IMG/VR virus record: IMGVR_UViG_3300002175_000051
Origin: an uncultured virus (IMG/VR IMGVR_UViG_3300002175_000051)
Lineage: Duplodnaviria > Heunggongvirae > Uroviricota > Caudoviricetes
DNA: 64,000 nucleotides
Strand: one strand, 5' to 3'
Shown piece after piece: positions 45,324 to 55,900 of the stretch. Every line of letters starts with the position of its first letter. Position 1 is the stretch's first letter. The translations under genes were made by a program, and so were the position numbers. Below the pieces are notes generated by a model, which saw nothing but the letters and a program-made list of their open reading frames with translations, was not told the origin of the DNA and made no database searches.

Positions 45324-47119
45324 CTCCTCCTTTTAGGGGTTTTCTTATTGACAAGGCTCCGCCCGGAATTGCGGCCATATGTGCCGGTAGCCTTTTCTTC
45401 GGCATATTCGGGGTCAAACGGGTTATGTTCCGCATGTTTAAGCATTTCGCGTACTATAAATTCATTGTGGGCGGCGGCGTCGTTTTTTTCTTTCTCTTTT
45501 TTATCGCCGCCTAGCGTCGGGCGGGCCTGCGAAACGTCTACGCCGTTAATATATTTGACTTTCGTAGACACGGTAACTTTAAACAGCTCGTCATACTGTT
45601 TCGCAAAGCCAAACAGGGCGCGGGCGAGGGCGTCAACAAAATGATCGTTGCCGTCTTCGTATACCGGGACGCCCGCCTGGGTAATCCTTTTGATCCGGTA
45701 TTCTTCCAATTGCGACCTGAGCTTTTTGTCCTCGGGGATTAAAATGGATTTACGTTCAAAAACCAAAACCGCGTTATTGATCATCGTCGGTTTAAGCGGG
45801 TGCTTAATGCGCTTCTTTGTAAAGATGTCGATTATGTTTGTCTTCTCCGAGAGGGAGTTTGCAACGACTTTCTTCTGGAGCCCGGACTCCGGGTACTGTC
45901 GGCCGTATTTCGCAAGCATTTCGGCCTGCACGTCGCCCGCGCCGCGGTCTATATAAATCCAGTCGGGGTCTATTTCGTTGTTCCATTTGATTACTTCGTT
46001 TACGGCGTTTATATATGTAAATTCTGTGCGGGGTAGTTCTATCCGCAAGAAGACTTTAAATTTAAAATCGCTTTCATCGAACATCACTCCGACAAGCGAC
46101 GGGCCCGCCGCCGTTTTGTCCCAGTCAACCCCGAAGATCTTTTTATGCAGCACATGGCGCCTCTTCCATTCGGCGCGCTCGTCAATGGACATGCGGTTAT
46201 AGTATTTTTGGTATTTCCCGGCGGCGAACGCATAGTCAAGGTAGTCTTTGTTAAACACGCCAAGGGACTCCACGCCGAACAGCGCCATCACTTCCTGTTC
46301 AAAGCGCTCTTCCGTTAATTCGTCGCGGAAATCGTCTATATAGGACTGGCCCGTGTCCGGGTTTATTTTCACCAGTTCCTTGTTGACGGTAGAGGGCGCG
46401 TAAAAAGCGATCCACCCGTTGCCTTCGCCCTTTGGCTTTGCCTTTTTCGCAAATTTTACTTTGTAGTTGACATTGATTGCGTCAACGAGGGCCTCATAGG
46501 CCCATGAGGCCTGTGTACACCATTTATAATAAGAGCCGCGTTTCCCGCATGGCGTAGAGGCCGATATTATGCGTATAGTTTCCGGCGACTCGTTCCGGAG
46601 GTTCAGTATATTGGTTATTTCTTTTTCCCCCATATAATCCGCTTCGTCGAGGATAATCAGGTCTGCGCGCTGCCCGCGTGTATTGTCCGCGCCGGACGCA
46701 TTCTTGGAGCCCACCGTCATCCCGGTGATTACCGTGCCGTTGGACAGCTCAATCCTATGGTGGACATCGCGAGTGATGCTTTTTAGCAAAACGGGGGACC
46801 TGTTCAAGAGTTCGTGCAGCCGGTCAAAGTGTAGGTCCACCTGGGCGTCATATGGGCATAAAATTAAGATATTGTATTTGTCCTGGTGGATTTTGTTCGG
46901 CTGGCAGAACCCGTGCCACAAGACGGCAATATCTATAATCTCCGATTTGCCAAGGCGGCGGCCGAACCGCAGGACGGTCTGCCTGGAATTTTTAACGCTT
47001 TGAAGGGGGGCTACCTGATAATCCCGCGCTACCCAGGCGAAGTTCTTCTCTGCCCATAAAACGGGATTGTTTAAGATAGCCAGCTCTATGCGCTGCTCTT
47101 TTGTGCTTGCCTGGGCCAT
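45311..47119 (-). CDS. terL: Terminase large subunit
   Basis: GRRLGKS Walker A, LIILDEAD Walker B, STP coupling motif, and nuclease motifs GVDWD and DHFVDA. Confidence 0.93.
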   Translation of the reverse strand: MAQASTKEQRIELAILNNPVLWAEKNFAWVARDYQVAPLQSVKNSRQTVLRFGRRLGKSEIIDIAVLWHGFCQPNKIHQDKYNILILCPYDAQVDLHFDRLHELLNRSPVLLKSITRDVHHRIELSNGTVITGMTVGSKNASGADNTRGQRADLIILDEADYMGEKEITNILNLRNESPETIRIISASTPCGKRGSYYKWCTQASWAYEALVDAINVNYKVKFAKKAKPKGEGNGWIAFYAPSTVNKELVKINPDTGQSYIDDFRDELTEERFEQEVMALFGVESLGVFNKDYLDYAFAAGKYQKYYNRMSIDERAEWKRRHVLHKKIFGVDWDKTAAGPSLVGVMFDESDFKFKVFLRIELPRTEFTYINAVNEVIKWNNEIDPDWIYIDRGAGDVQAEMLAKYGRQYPESGLQKKVVANSLSEKTNIIDIFTKKRIKHPLKPTMINNAVLVFERKSILIPEDKKLRSQLEEYRIKRITQAGVPVYEDGNDHFVDALARALFGFAKQYDELFKVTVSTKVKYINGVDVSQARPTLGGDKKEKEKNDAAAHNEFIVREMLKHAEHNPFDPEYAEEKATGTYGRNSGRSLVNKKTPKRRSWRK

Positions 47120-47137
47120 GGCTTGTCTTAATACCGA

Positions 47138-47377
47138 TTAGCTGCGCGGCGCCGGGACGAGGTTGTTATACATGCGCAAAAATTTGCGCGCAAAAATATT
47201 GGGTTCGTTGTCCAATGCCTGGTTTTGGCTTAGCAAAAACAGATCCGCGTTCCTAAAGAACCATTTGCTTGTGGCAATTTCACGTTTATGGTTTTTTGTC
47301 TCAAAATTTGCATGGGGGAAACGCGGGGGCAGGTTTAAGCCCTCCAATCTCGGTGATATCCTTGGCGATGGGTTCAT
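47138..47377 (-). CDS. Hypothetical protein
   Basis: AAGGAG ribosome binding site; fits the operon. Confidence 0.55.
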   Translation of the reverse strand: MNPSPRISPRLEGLNLPPRFPHANFETKNHKREIATSKWFFRNADLFLLSQNQALDNEPNIFARKFLRMYNNLVPAPRS

Positions 47378-47406
47378 ATATAAAAACTCCTTTTTTAAAA
47401 TTGTTT

Positions 47407-47850
47407 TTATTGAACGTATTTCCTTACTTCCGATCCGAGGACGGATCTCAGGTTATAACCGTTTTCATTTATTGCCCGCATCCCGGCGTCCCGCATTGTC
47501 GCGGCCGTCTGCGACATTTGGAAGCCACCGCCGAACGAGCCGAGATATGCCTGGTTCCTGACGCCCGCGGTCTGGACGGCGGATTGGTAAAGCGCAGGCG
47601 CCATCGCGCCAACAAGGGTCGCGCCGGTAAGCGCCATCATAGGCCCCGTGCCAAGCACCGCGGACCCTATATTCCATGCCACCATTGAGCCTATGTCGCC
47701 CCAGCCGGATCTGCCTTCCTGCCTTGCCCCGGCAAATGTCAGCCCATAGGCCGCCGCGTCCCCGGCAAGCTTGACGCCTTTCGGGAGGTTTTTGCCGAAT
47801 ACGCCCAACGCTATCTGCCCCGCTATTGCGGCCGTCATATAAGCGGACAT
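47407..47850 (-). CDS. Gly/Ala-rich hydrophobic protein
   Basis: AAAGGGG ribosome binding site; operon packing. Confidence 0.65.
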   Translation of the reverse strand: MSAYMTAAIAGQIALGVFGKNLPKGVKLAGDAAAYGLTFAGARQEGRSGWGDIGSMVAWNIGSAVLGTGPMMALTGATLVGAMAPALYQSAVQTAGVRNQAYLGSFGGGFQMSQTAATMRDAGMRAINENGYNLRSVLGSEVRKYVQ

Positions 47851-47869
47851 ATTATATTAAATCCCCTTT

Positions 47870-48481
47870 CTAAATAAACCGCTGCTGGCCCGTGCCGTAC
47901 AGCCTATGCAGTGACATCGCAAGCTCGCCGTCCGCGCCGGAGTTCCGTATCGAGCGCCTCCGTTGGCTTGCCATCGCCTCGCCAATGCCTTCTTCCGACA
48001 TATTGACTGGGGAGGCATTGGAGGACACCTTATTTGGCAGGCCTTCCAGATCGGCGTCGATATTCCCCATTATTACACGGTTATTGCCTGTGCTGTACCC
48101 TTTGTACATTCCGTAAGCCGCAATTCCGCCGGCCGCAGTATAAGCGAGCGCTTTGCCGCCCCCGGAAAACTCCCGCCCGCCTAAAGCTTTATAGCCTTCC
48201 CATATAAGGCCGAAATCCCTGTCGGTGTCTTTGATGTTTTGAAAAAGGGAAGAATTATAAATATTCTTTATATCCCTGGCTAATTCGGGTATTTCATCGG
48301 TAACTAAAGTTTTTGTCCTTGCGCCGGCCCATTTGCCTGTACCCGCAGCTACGCCCCATGCCCCTTTCGCGGTGCCTGCGGCGGCTGCTTTGGCTGCGGA
48401 TTTTGGGGTAATTTTGGAAGTGGATTTAAATACTCCTTTAGTTACGTCTACTAAGTCTTGAATTAAATTTACAGTAGGCAT
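47870..48481 (-). CDS. Gly/Ala-rich hypothetical protein
   Basis: Operon packing; one hydrophobic segment. Confidence 0.65.
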   Translation of the reverse strand: MPTVNLIQDLVDVTKGVFKSTSKITPKSAAKAAAAGTAKGAWGVAAGTGKWAGARTKTLVTDEIPELARDIKNIYNSSLFQNIKDTDRDFGLIWEGYKALGGREFSGGGKALAYTAAGGIAAYGMYKGYSTGNNRVIMGNIDADLEGLPNKVSSNASPVNMSEEGIGEAMASQRRRSIRNSGADGELAMSLHRLYGTGQQRFI

Positions 48482-48507
48482 GTTTGACCAACCTTTAAAT
48501 AATCGAA

Positions 48508-49089
48508 TTAATATCCGTACCCGCCCGTGGCCCTTTGCACATTCCTTTGCATACGCCTGTCTTCGCTTGAATTCATTAAGCCTATGGCTGCCAGGGATCC
48601 GGCAACGGCCCCTCCGGCAATGGCATACCTGCTTCCCATTTGCCTTCTAAAATCCGCGGCCCCTTCGATATCGGCGCCGGTATAATAATCCCTCGTTTTT
48701 TCCCAAAGGCTTCTTGCACCCCGTTTTATATCGCCGCCTACGTCTCTGACCCCGCCCCAATATGTATTTGTAGCGCCGGCAATCCTCCCTGCCGTGTCGC
48801 CCACAGGGGAGCCTACTAAGCCCGCCGCCGGCATAGCGGCGGCGCTTCCCGCACCGCCTGCCGCGGCGGAAAGAACTGGGTCAATTGTACCTGCGGCTAA
48901 TGATCTTGTTGTTGCGGCAGGCGCAAGCCCTGCAACAGATGAAGCAGCCCTAGCTCCTATCGGCAGCCCCGGGTCAATGTTTTTTACAATTACATTCCCG
49001 GAAACCATATTTGCATTAATTGAATTTTGAATGAACTTCCCGGCCATTTTATTTTCATTTATTATTGCTCTACCTAAGCCTTTAGCCAT
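48508..49089 (-). CDS. Gly/Ala-rich hypothetical protein
   Basis: Operon packing; C-terminal hydrophobic segment; start placed at the ATG of MAKG. Confidence 0.6.
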   Translation of the reverse strand: MAKGLGRAIINENKMAGKFIQNSINANMVSGNVIVKNIDPGLPIGARAASSVAGLAPAATTRSLAAGTIDPVLSAAAGGAGSAAAMPAAGLVGSPVGDTAGRIAGATNTYWGGVRDVGGDIKRGARSLWEKTRDYYTGADIEGAADFRRQMGSRYAIAGGAVAGSLAAIGLMNSSEDRRMQRNVQRATGGYGY

Positions 49090-49134
49090 TATTCTCACCG
49101 GCTTCCTATAAAGTTTATGATATATAAATAAAAC

Positions 49135-49869
49135 TTAAATAAATGGCACGAGGGCTATGTCTTTCCTGCCAACTTCGTCGGTTGTCAAAGTCCTGTTCCC
49201 GAACAACAAGCCCCCTGCGTCCCCAAGCGCGTTTAGCCCTACGGCCCCGCCTACTGTCAATCCAGCGGCGTCCCGTGCGGCCGCGCCCCAGTTTAAATTG
49301 CCTTCAACGTTCTGATACGAGTTCATAAGCCCGGTAAACCCGCCGGCTTTAAAAGCTTTTTTTCTATCACTGCCTATAGGCGCCCAATTAATAGCTTCCC
49401 GTCTTTTCGTAACTTCCGCGTTTATGGCGGCGGCTTCGTCTTGGAATGTCGCCCTTGCCTGTACATCCGGGGTTGTGCTTCGGAATTCCGCTATGCCCCT
49501 TTTTTGGGCGTCTATTTTATTTTGGAGGCCTTTCCTGCTCATGTTGTTTCTTGCATTGCCTACAATATTTAGAATACCTTCTTTGTTGTCAGATACGGCA
49601 GCCAACTGGTTTTCAAGATCCGTCAGCCTGTTATTCGCCGCGCCAAGCATATCGGATCGGGCTTCCAAAGAAGCCATAGACTGCATACGGCTCATATAGA
49701 GGTTTTGCAAATATTCTTGGTGCCTTGCCAATTCCGCGCCTGTTTTTGGTATTTTAGGGTTTATTTTCGCCCCGGCCCTTTTTAGCGCGGAACAAACAAA
49801 CCCGGTAGTCCCCTCTTTTGCAACCTTATTTGCTATAATCCCGGCAGCGTCGCCTGTCATCATTGCCAT
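49135..49869 (-). CDS. Coiled-coil, Gly/Ala-rich hypothetical protein
   Basis: Start overlaps the stop of the upstream gene (TAATG). Confidence 0.65.
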   Translation of the reverse strand: MAMMTGDAAGIIANKVAKEGTTGFVCSALKRAGAKINPKIPKTGAELARHQEYLQNLYMSRMQSMASLEARSDMLGAANNRLTDLENQLAAVSDNKEGILNIVGNARNNMSRKGLQNKIDAQKRGIAEFRSTTPDVQARATFQDEAAAINAEVTKRREAINWAPIGSDRKKAFKAGGFTGLMNSYQNVEGNLNWGAAARDAAGLTVGGAVGLNALGDAGGLLFGNRTLTTDEVGRKDIALVPFI

Positions 49870-50708
49870 TACCCTTCACCGCCTTCCGCAAATTTACTTA
49901 TGATATTAAAGTTAATGGAGCCGTCGTCATTGACAAGCTCGTCTTCTTCCAAATTAACGTTTATAATGTCCTCCTCCTTAAGCTCCTTGATCTTCCGCAT
50001 TAATTCGGAAGCCTGCACGGAAGCGTCGGACACGGCGATATTTACTTTGTCCTTCCGTGTAGCCGCCAATAGTTGAAGGATTTTATTATGCTTGTTATAC
50101 AGTTCAAGTTTGAACGCGGTGGCAGGGGACACTTTATCTTCGTATATCAAAAGCCCGCTTTTTTTCGTCTCGTCGATCAAGTTCCGTACGATAAAATCGC
50201 CGTCAATGGCTATTTTATTGTCTGCCCTGAGTATCTGTATCTCCAAATCGCAAAGCTGCCTGATAAGCGTCAGGTCAGTGACCTCTTCCGGAAGCACATC
50301 GTCCCCGACGCCTACCTCAAAATGGCGGCAGTAGTATTCGAACCGGGATATCAACGCCGCTATCTCCATGGGGCAGCGCATTTTCTTCCGCCTATATAAT
50401 TTATCCACCGTGCATACGTCGATAAAACTACATTTCTCGTCTTTGCATATCAAAGGCACGCCGGCAAGCATCCCATGTTTCATCGAAAACATCCTGGCGT
50501 TCCTATTTGTTTCCTCTATCTCGCCTTTGCGGAGGCCCCATATAAGCTCGACCGGGTGCTTGCCGGCGTGCGGGTCGATAAGCTCCTTAGGTATGTCCCG
50601 GAGTGTTTTCCTGTTTTTTTCAACCTCTAATAAATCATCGTCCTCGTCCCATAAATCGAACTCTTCTTCCGGCTGTGCCGCGGGTTTTTTTCTTTTTTTA
50701 TTTGGCAT
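49869..50708 (-). CDS. Cys-containing protein, possible terminase small subunit
   Basis: C-x4-C-x5-C...CPME and a helical C-terminus; upstream of terL. Confidence 0.4.
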   Translation of the reverse strand: MPNKKRKKPAAQPEEEFDLWDEDDDLLEVEKNRKTLRDIPKELIDPHAGKHPVELIWGLRKGEIEETNRNARMFSMKHGMLAGVPLICKDEKCSFIDVCTVDKLYRRKKMRCPMEIAALISRFEYYCRHFEVGVGDDVLPEEVTDLTLIRQLCDLEIQILRADNKIAIDGDFIVRNLIDETKKSGLLIYEDKVSPATAFKLELYNKHNKILQLLAATRKDKVNIAVSDASVQASELMRKIKELKEEDIINVNLEEDELVNDDGSINFNIISKFAEGGEG

Positions 50709-50758
50709 TCATACTTTCCGTTCCTACAAAAATAAATATTTTTTATTAAATAAAATAA

Positions 50759-51088
50759 TTAATTAATAACAAAAGGGTTTTTGGTATTACGCATATTGTC
50801 TGTCCCGGTACCAAACATCTGCTGATGCTTAAGCTTGATGTTGTCTACGGCCCCGCGCCTGTCGGTACGGTTGCTTAATACGGTGGACCCATACGAGGCG
50901 CCGGCATTTCGCGCCAAACCTACCGACCTGGATTTAGGGATAGTCGCATTTATAGTCCCGACATTGTTTCCGAAGCTGCTTTTCGGTATATCGGTGTTGC
51001 TTATTACGGCATTAGAACTGTTGCTCCTGAGCCGGCTGGCAGATCCCGGTATAGTGCCCTTATTTGAATTAACCAAATTTATATCCAT
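50759..51088 (-). CDS. Hypothetical Asn/Ser-rich protein
   Basis: AGAGGTG ribosome binding site. Confidence 0.55.
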   Translation of the reverse strand: MDINLVNSNKGTIPGSASRLRSNSSNAVISNTDIPKSSFGNNVGTINATIPKSRSVGLARNAGASYGSTVLSNRTDRRGAVDNIKLKHQQMFGTGTDNMRNTKNPFVIN

Positions 51089-51159
51089 TAAAAAAACACC
51101 TCTTTAGAAAAGGTTTATTTGAAATATAATATACAGGCGGGGATATTGAATGTAGAGGC

Positions 51160-51209
51160 AATAAAAAATGAAGGCGCGTAAGAAAGGCTACGCGCCTTCA
51201 TTTTTTATT
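51160..51209. terminator. Bidirectional terminator
   Basis: Perfect 21-bp inverted repeat AATAAAAAATGAAGGCGCGTA with an 8-nt loop. Confidence 0.85.
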
Positions 51210-51392
51210 TTAAATCCCTATTTTCTTAATGCTCACCCTTTGCGCCGCAAATTCGTATGAAAGGCTTATTCTTTAAAATTTATTAAAATAACTATATTTA
51301 TAATCCGCCGCTTTTTTTTTGCCCTTTCAATATCCATTCAATTGGATTCTATAGTAAAGCCGACCCATCCATTTCCCCAGTCGCTAAAAATA

Positions 51393-51641
51393 TTATACTC
51401 CTTTGAAAAAGTCTGTAATTGTCGATTTTACAAGTGATTCCGGCACCAGGAACGGCTTTTCGGTAATGGTAATCGAGATTTGGTCTCCGACCGCATATGT
51501 GCCCTTGACGCCGTTTCCGGTGAAACCGCCGTATTCTTCAGTTCCGGAGAATGTTCCGCCGCCGTCTCGAATGGTCTTCGATGTCTGTACCAACACTTGG
51601 CCCAGGTTTTTTGGTTTTGGAATTTGAAAAGAAAAAGCCAT
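51393..51641 (-). CDS. Small hypothetical protein
   Basis: AAGGAGTG ribosome binding site; 82 aa. Confidence 0.7.
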   Translation of the reverse strand: MAFSFQIPKPKNLGQVLVQTSKTIRDGGGTFSGTEEYGGFTGNGVKGTYAVGDQISITITEKPFLVPESLVKSTITDFFKGV

Positions 51642-51995
51642 CAGTCAACACTCCTTTTTTATCAATATATGATTTGATAAAAAAGAAGTGTTCCTGACGG
51701 CAATTACTATATTCCTTACGCAGAGGTACTACTGTAATACAAAAAAATTTATATTTTAATTTTTATTTTAAAATTATATTCAAAAAAAAATCGATACCGG
51801 ATAAAAATATATAAATTTTCCAGGCGGTAATAATATTGATCTTTGTAAACTCAAAATCGTTTCATGCCCATGGGGTCTTAGATCTGGGCGGCGGAAGCGA
51901 TTGGGGGTTTATTTTTTTCAAGAGGATTTTAATCTGGTATGCGAGGACGATTGTCCTGGGACACGCATAAAAAAAATAAAAAGGAGATGTTGTAA

Positions 51996-52868
51996 ATGGC
52001 AAAAGCACTGACAAACGAAGAGAGGATAGACCTGCTTGAGATGGTCTGTAACAACCTGGACACCGAAGCGTTCAATAATTTATTAAACAACGCGTTAGAC
52101 GAGGAAATCGAAGCGAAGGTACAGCGGTACATCATTGAAAATAAAAAGGAGGAAGTAAAGATGAGTATCACAATTAAAACTGGCAATGAAATTTTAACGG
52201 CTGATATGGATGACACAAGCCTGTATACAAGCGCGCTTCATCAGGGGGCCCTGTTTATTTCTGTGGATCTGCCTGAGGAAGTAAAGTATCAAAACGCGCA
52301 CGCTGTTAACGCTGCACAAATCAACAGGGACGGTTTCGTTTCCGCTCAGATGAGCAGGCTGTTCGTGGCTGATATAGACGCTGATTTGTCAGGCGTAGTT
52401 GACGCCAGGGAGGTAGCGCCTGGGTCAGAAGAGAGCGAAAAGTTCTCGCTTGAGTATCTGAACGGCAAATGGGCCCCCTTCAAGCCCGATCCCCTTGTTG
52501 GCCCGGCAAAAGAGGATGCGGCCGCGCCGGAATACCATCTCACACATGGCATAGGGCGCAACGGCATGGATTTTATCAACCTGTACGCAGGAAAGGCGCA
52601 GGTGGCGTACGCATATCAGGTGCAGAGGAACAACTCGTGGGATGTGAAGGTCAAAGACCACGCGCTCATGGAGAAATTGCAGATTGAAAAGGCCCAGTTT
52701 GCCGGTATGGCTGCTGAGGCCTTAATTTTTTTCTCGAAATACAACAAGGTCAAAGCGGGCCTCGTTGCGTCAAGGAAAGAGAAAGACAGCGGGAAGCTGG
52801 CTGTATGGGAGGCGCAGAAGGCAAAGGCCCTTATAATTGCAAAAGAAATGCGCGTTAAAGTTGCATAA
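51996..52868 (+). CDS. Hypothetical protein, first gene of the rightward region
   Basis: AAGGAG ribosome binding site; a second internal AGGAGG precedes MSITIKT at 52161. Confidence 0.75.
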   Translation: MAKALTNEERIDLLEMVCNNLDTEAFNNLLNNALDEEIEAKVQRYIIENKKEEVKMSITIKTGNEILTADMDDTSLYTSALHQGALFISVDLPEEVKYQNAHAVNAAQINRDGFVSAQMSRLFVADIDADLSGVVDAREVAPGSEESEKFSLEYLNGKWAPFKPDPLVGPAKEDAAAPEYHLTHGIGRNGMDFINLYAGKAQVAYAYQVQRNNSWDVKVKDHALMEKLQIEKAQFAGMAAEALIFFSKYNKVKAGLVASRKEKDSGKLAVWEAQKAKALIIAKEMRVKVA

Positions 52869-52897
52869 GGGCAACAGTCCTGGCAAATCGTCCGAAC

Positions 52898-52932
52898 AGG
52901 CATGGGTGACGTTAAACTATGCCTTTTTTTTA
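52898..52932 (+). terminator. Intrinsic terminator
   Basis: AGGCAT...ATGCCT followed by a T-run. Confidence 0.6.
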
Positions 52933-52969
52933 TTGCTTTAAAAATAAAATTATGAAAGGTGTGTTTTTA

Positions 52970-55900
52970 GTGTATCAGATCGAAAAGAGGCAGCCTTGGT
53001 CGTTCGTATTTGACGTGTTCGGCAAAACGATTTTAAACGATGGAACAGAAGTAAACAACGCCTTTATCTACAAGAACCGCGAAGGCAAGGATTTTGTAAT
53101 GGTAAACCCGGATGTTATCGAGCTTAGGCCTGAACACAAAAGGTTCTACTTTGAGAACGGCAGGGGCTATACGCGCCCGTCAGTAGTGAAAACAGTAAAA
53201 GGCGGCATGTCGTTTGGCGCTTACAAGTGCGCGGAAGAAATTGACGGCGAACTTTGGATGCAGAATGTCGTCCAGGCCGATGCGTCTGGCGGCAACGATA
53301 ACAACGAAGACGACGTGGCGATGAAAAATGCCCTGTGTTACAGCGGCCTATTGTTCCCGGTTGCGGCTTTTGAGGAAATCGGCGTAATGCCGCAAGGGAC
53401 GTTTGTAAAGTGCAAGGTTGAAGGCCGTGAGAAACTGGAAAAGTTCGCTATCTATAGGGTAAGCGATCAAACCAGTAGCAAAAACCGCCTTTGCAAAGTC
53501 GATATGTCAACGCTCGATTTCGACGATACGGCAGTAACGCTTACCTGCAACGCCAAGTACCTGCGCGAAGAATTCCAGCCTGTACACAAGAGCATTTCGC
53601 GCAAAGGACTGTCCGGTACGAACGGCACAATCATAAAGGGCTTTGATTTTACTTTTGCCCGCGCCGACGATTTAGAAATCGAGAAAGAATTCACCGCCCT
53701 GACCTATTACGATTCCAAAGACAATGAAAAGTTTGAAGGATTATATAAAGGGGTTATGGATACAGGTACCGATGAAGAGAAGGCAATGGCTAAACTTCAA
53801 GTGTTTAAGCAACAAATGAGGAAAACCGTATCGGCTAATGACGGCATGGGGTTCATGCTTCCCTGTACGGCCAAGAGGCTCGCAAAAGCTATGGGCTTAA
53901 AGCGCCTCCCGTCAATGTTTCAGATCAGGTACGGCCAGGTTAAAGGCATTTTGGTTGTATTTGACTTTCGTTCCTATACCAAGAACGCCGTATGCGAAGA
54001 CGTTATTTTCACAGGCGGCATGTGGAAGTCGGATTTCGACCCCACAATGGCGGAATTCTTGGTAGCCAACATCTCCAAGCAGCCGACCGAGTTTGTGTCT
54101 TGGAACTACCAGATGATCACAACCCTTAACAACCAACTGGGACCTGATCATTTCACGCCATACCTGGAGCGTATTAAAGACCTGATCCTTAATTGCACGT
54201 CATCAATAGAGAACGCGCTGGCGTTCCTCCAAATCGTCCCCTATGTATATACCGATGAAAACTCCATCGAAATCGTAGAGGACGAGGAAGAGAATATAAC
54301 CACGGACAAACTGCGTGAATTCATATTAGCCAACCCCGCCACAGCGCTTACGGTTTCATGGGTTGTACGCAGCATCATGCGCAGGAAAGAGACAATAGAA
54401 AAGAATATGCTCAACGGCCATGTGCCAATGCCGGGCAGCATTCACATTATGGCGTGCGATCCCGTTGAATATTTCAACAACCTCAGGGTTAAGAAATATA
54501 TAGATGGGGATGGGAAAGTGACCCGCAAGTACACGTTCAATGAAAGCGACACACCGGTTATGAAAGAGCCTGACAAAGAGCAGGGGCTCAAATCCGGAGA
54601 GTTTTATCTTGGCGGCTATGCGGGACATGCCCTTGCTATGCGTACGCCCCTTACCAACTGGAGGCAGATTAGGAAGCTTAACTGCATCCAGCCGGCATTC
54701 ACGCGAAAGGGCAAAGACGGTGTTGTTATTGACTGGTACCGTTTTATGAACGACCTTGTTGTATTCAACGCTTATGACTCGACTGCCCTTGGTATGGCAG
54801 GAGCTGATTTCGACGGAGACTTCTGTTTTGTAACAAAAATCTTTGTCGATGACTTTAAGGCATCCGACGTGATTATCTATAACGACAACCCAGGCGCTAA
54901 AGGGAACAACGTTGCCCTTAAGTATGACGTTTTTGTAGAGCAGATCCGCAAGAACCTCGTCAAGAGCCGCGTCGGTCTTATAATAAACGCCAATACTAAC
55001 GTGCTGGGTTTATTGAATGATGAGGAAGCGTTGACAGCGTACGTGAAATTCTCACAGTACGTTATCAATACGCCAAGCTGGTTCCATGAGGGCGAGAAGC
55101 CCCAGACGCCGTATAACAAATTTAGGAACCTGCGCAAACTTGCGAACGACCCCGTGGCGTACGCGGCCGCTGTAGCGGAAGCAAGGGCCTATTTCGATCT
55201 CTTGAGTGTTATCCTCACTACGATGAGCGAGCTTGAGATAGACAGCCCTAAGAGCGGCTATAAGCCTAATTTCGGGCCTGAACACCAGATACCGTTCGTG
55301 ACCCGCTGGTTTGCCGATATCAAAGGCAAGACGGAAAAGAAATTCGACATTGCTGAGGACAAAGATTATGAGGATAGGAATGGCAACCGCGTATCTGTCC
55401 GCGTACAGCGCTTCAACCACGGATCCAACGTGCCGCTTAAAACCGGTGGCCAGAGGGTCGGCATTGTTACCGATAAAGAGGTCGGCAAAAAGAAGTTGCG
55501 CAAGATCGACCTTATGTATGAAACTAACGACATCATGAGCCACATCCATGCGTTTGTCGCTAACGAAATCGCTACCATCGAACCGGATTATAGCTGCTGC
55601 TATAGCCTTGCGGAGTCTTACAAACAAAGCGAGCTTGTTGACATCAACGAATACGACAGGATCAAAGAAGAAGCGGCCGCCCTTGAGAGCGCCTATGCGT
55701 CCGACATCAGGGCAATATTCTCGTCTCGCGCCCTTTCTAAGGAAGAGATGATGGGGCTGCGTAAAGAGGTCATTGCGGAGTATACGGACAAGCTTGCCGC
55801 TTTGTCAGGCGACAGGTATAGCTTGGCACTTGCCGCCTATTGCGTAGGCGAAGAACGCCTGATGAGGAAAGGGCACAATAACCAAGGCATCAACAGCTTT

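Noticed and set aside
75..51107. Numerous short plus-strand ORFs in the track
   Set aside because: They are antisense shadows of long minus-strand genes with no recognisable motifs; only the LuxR and tnpB genes were kept.
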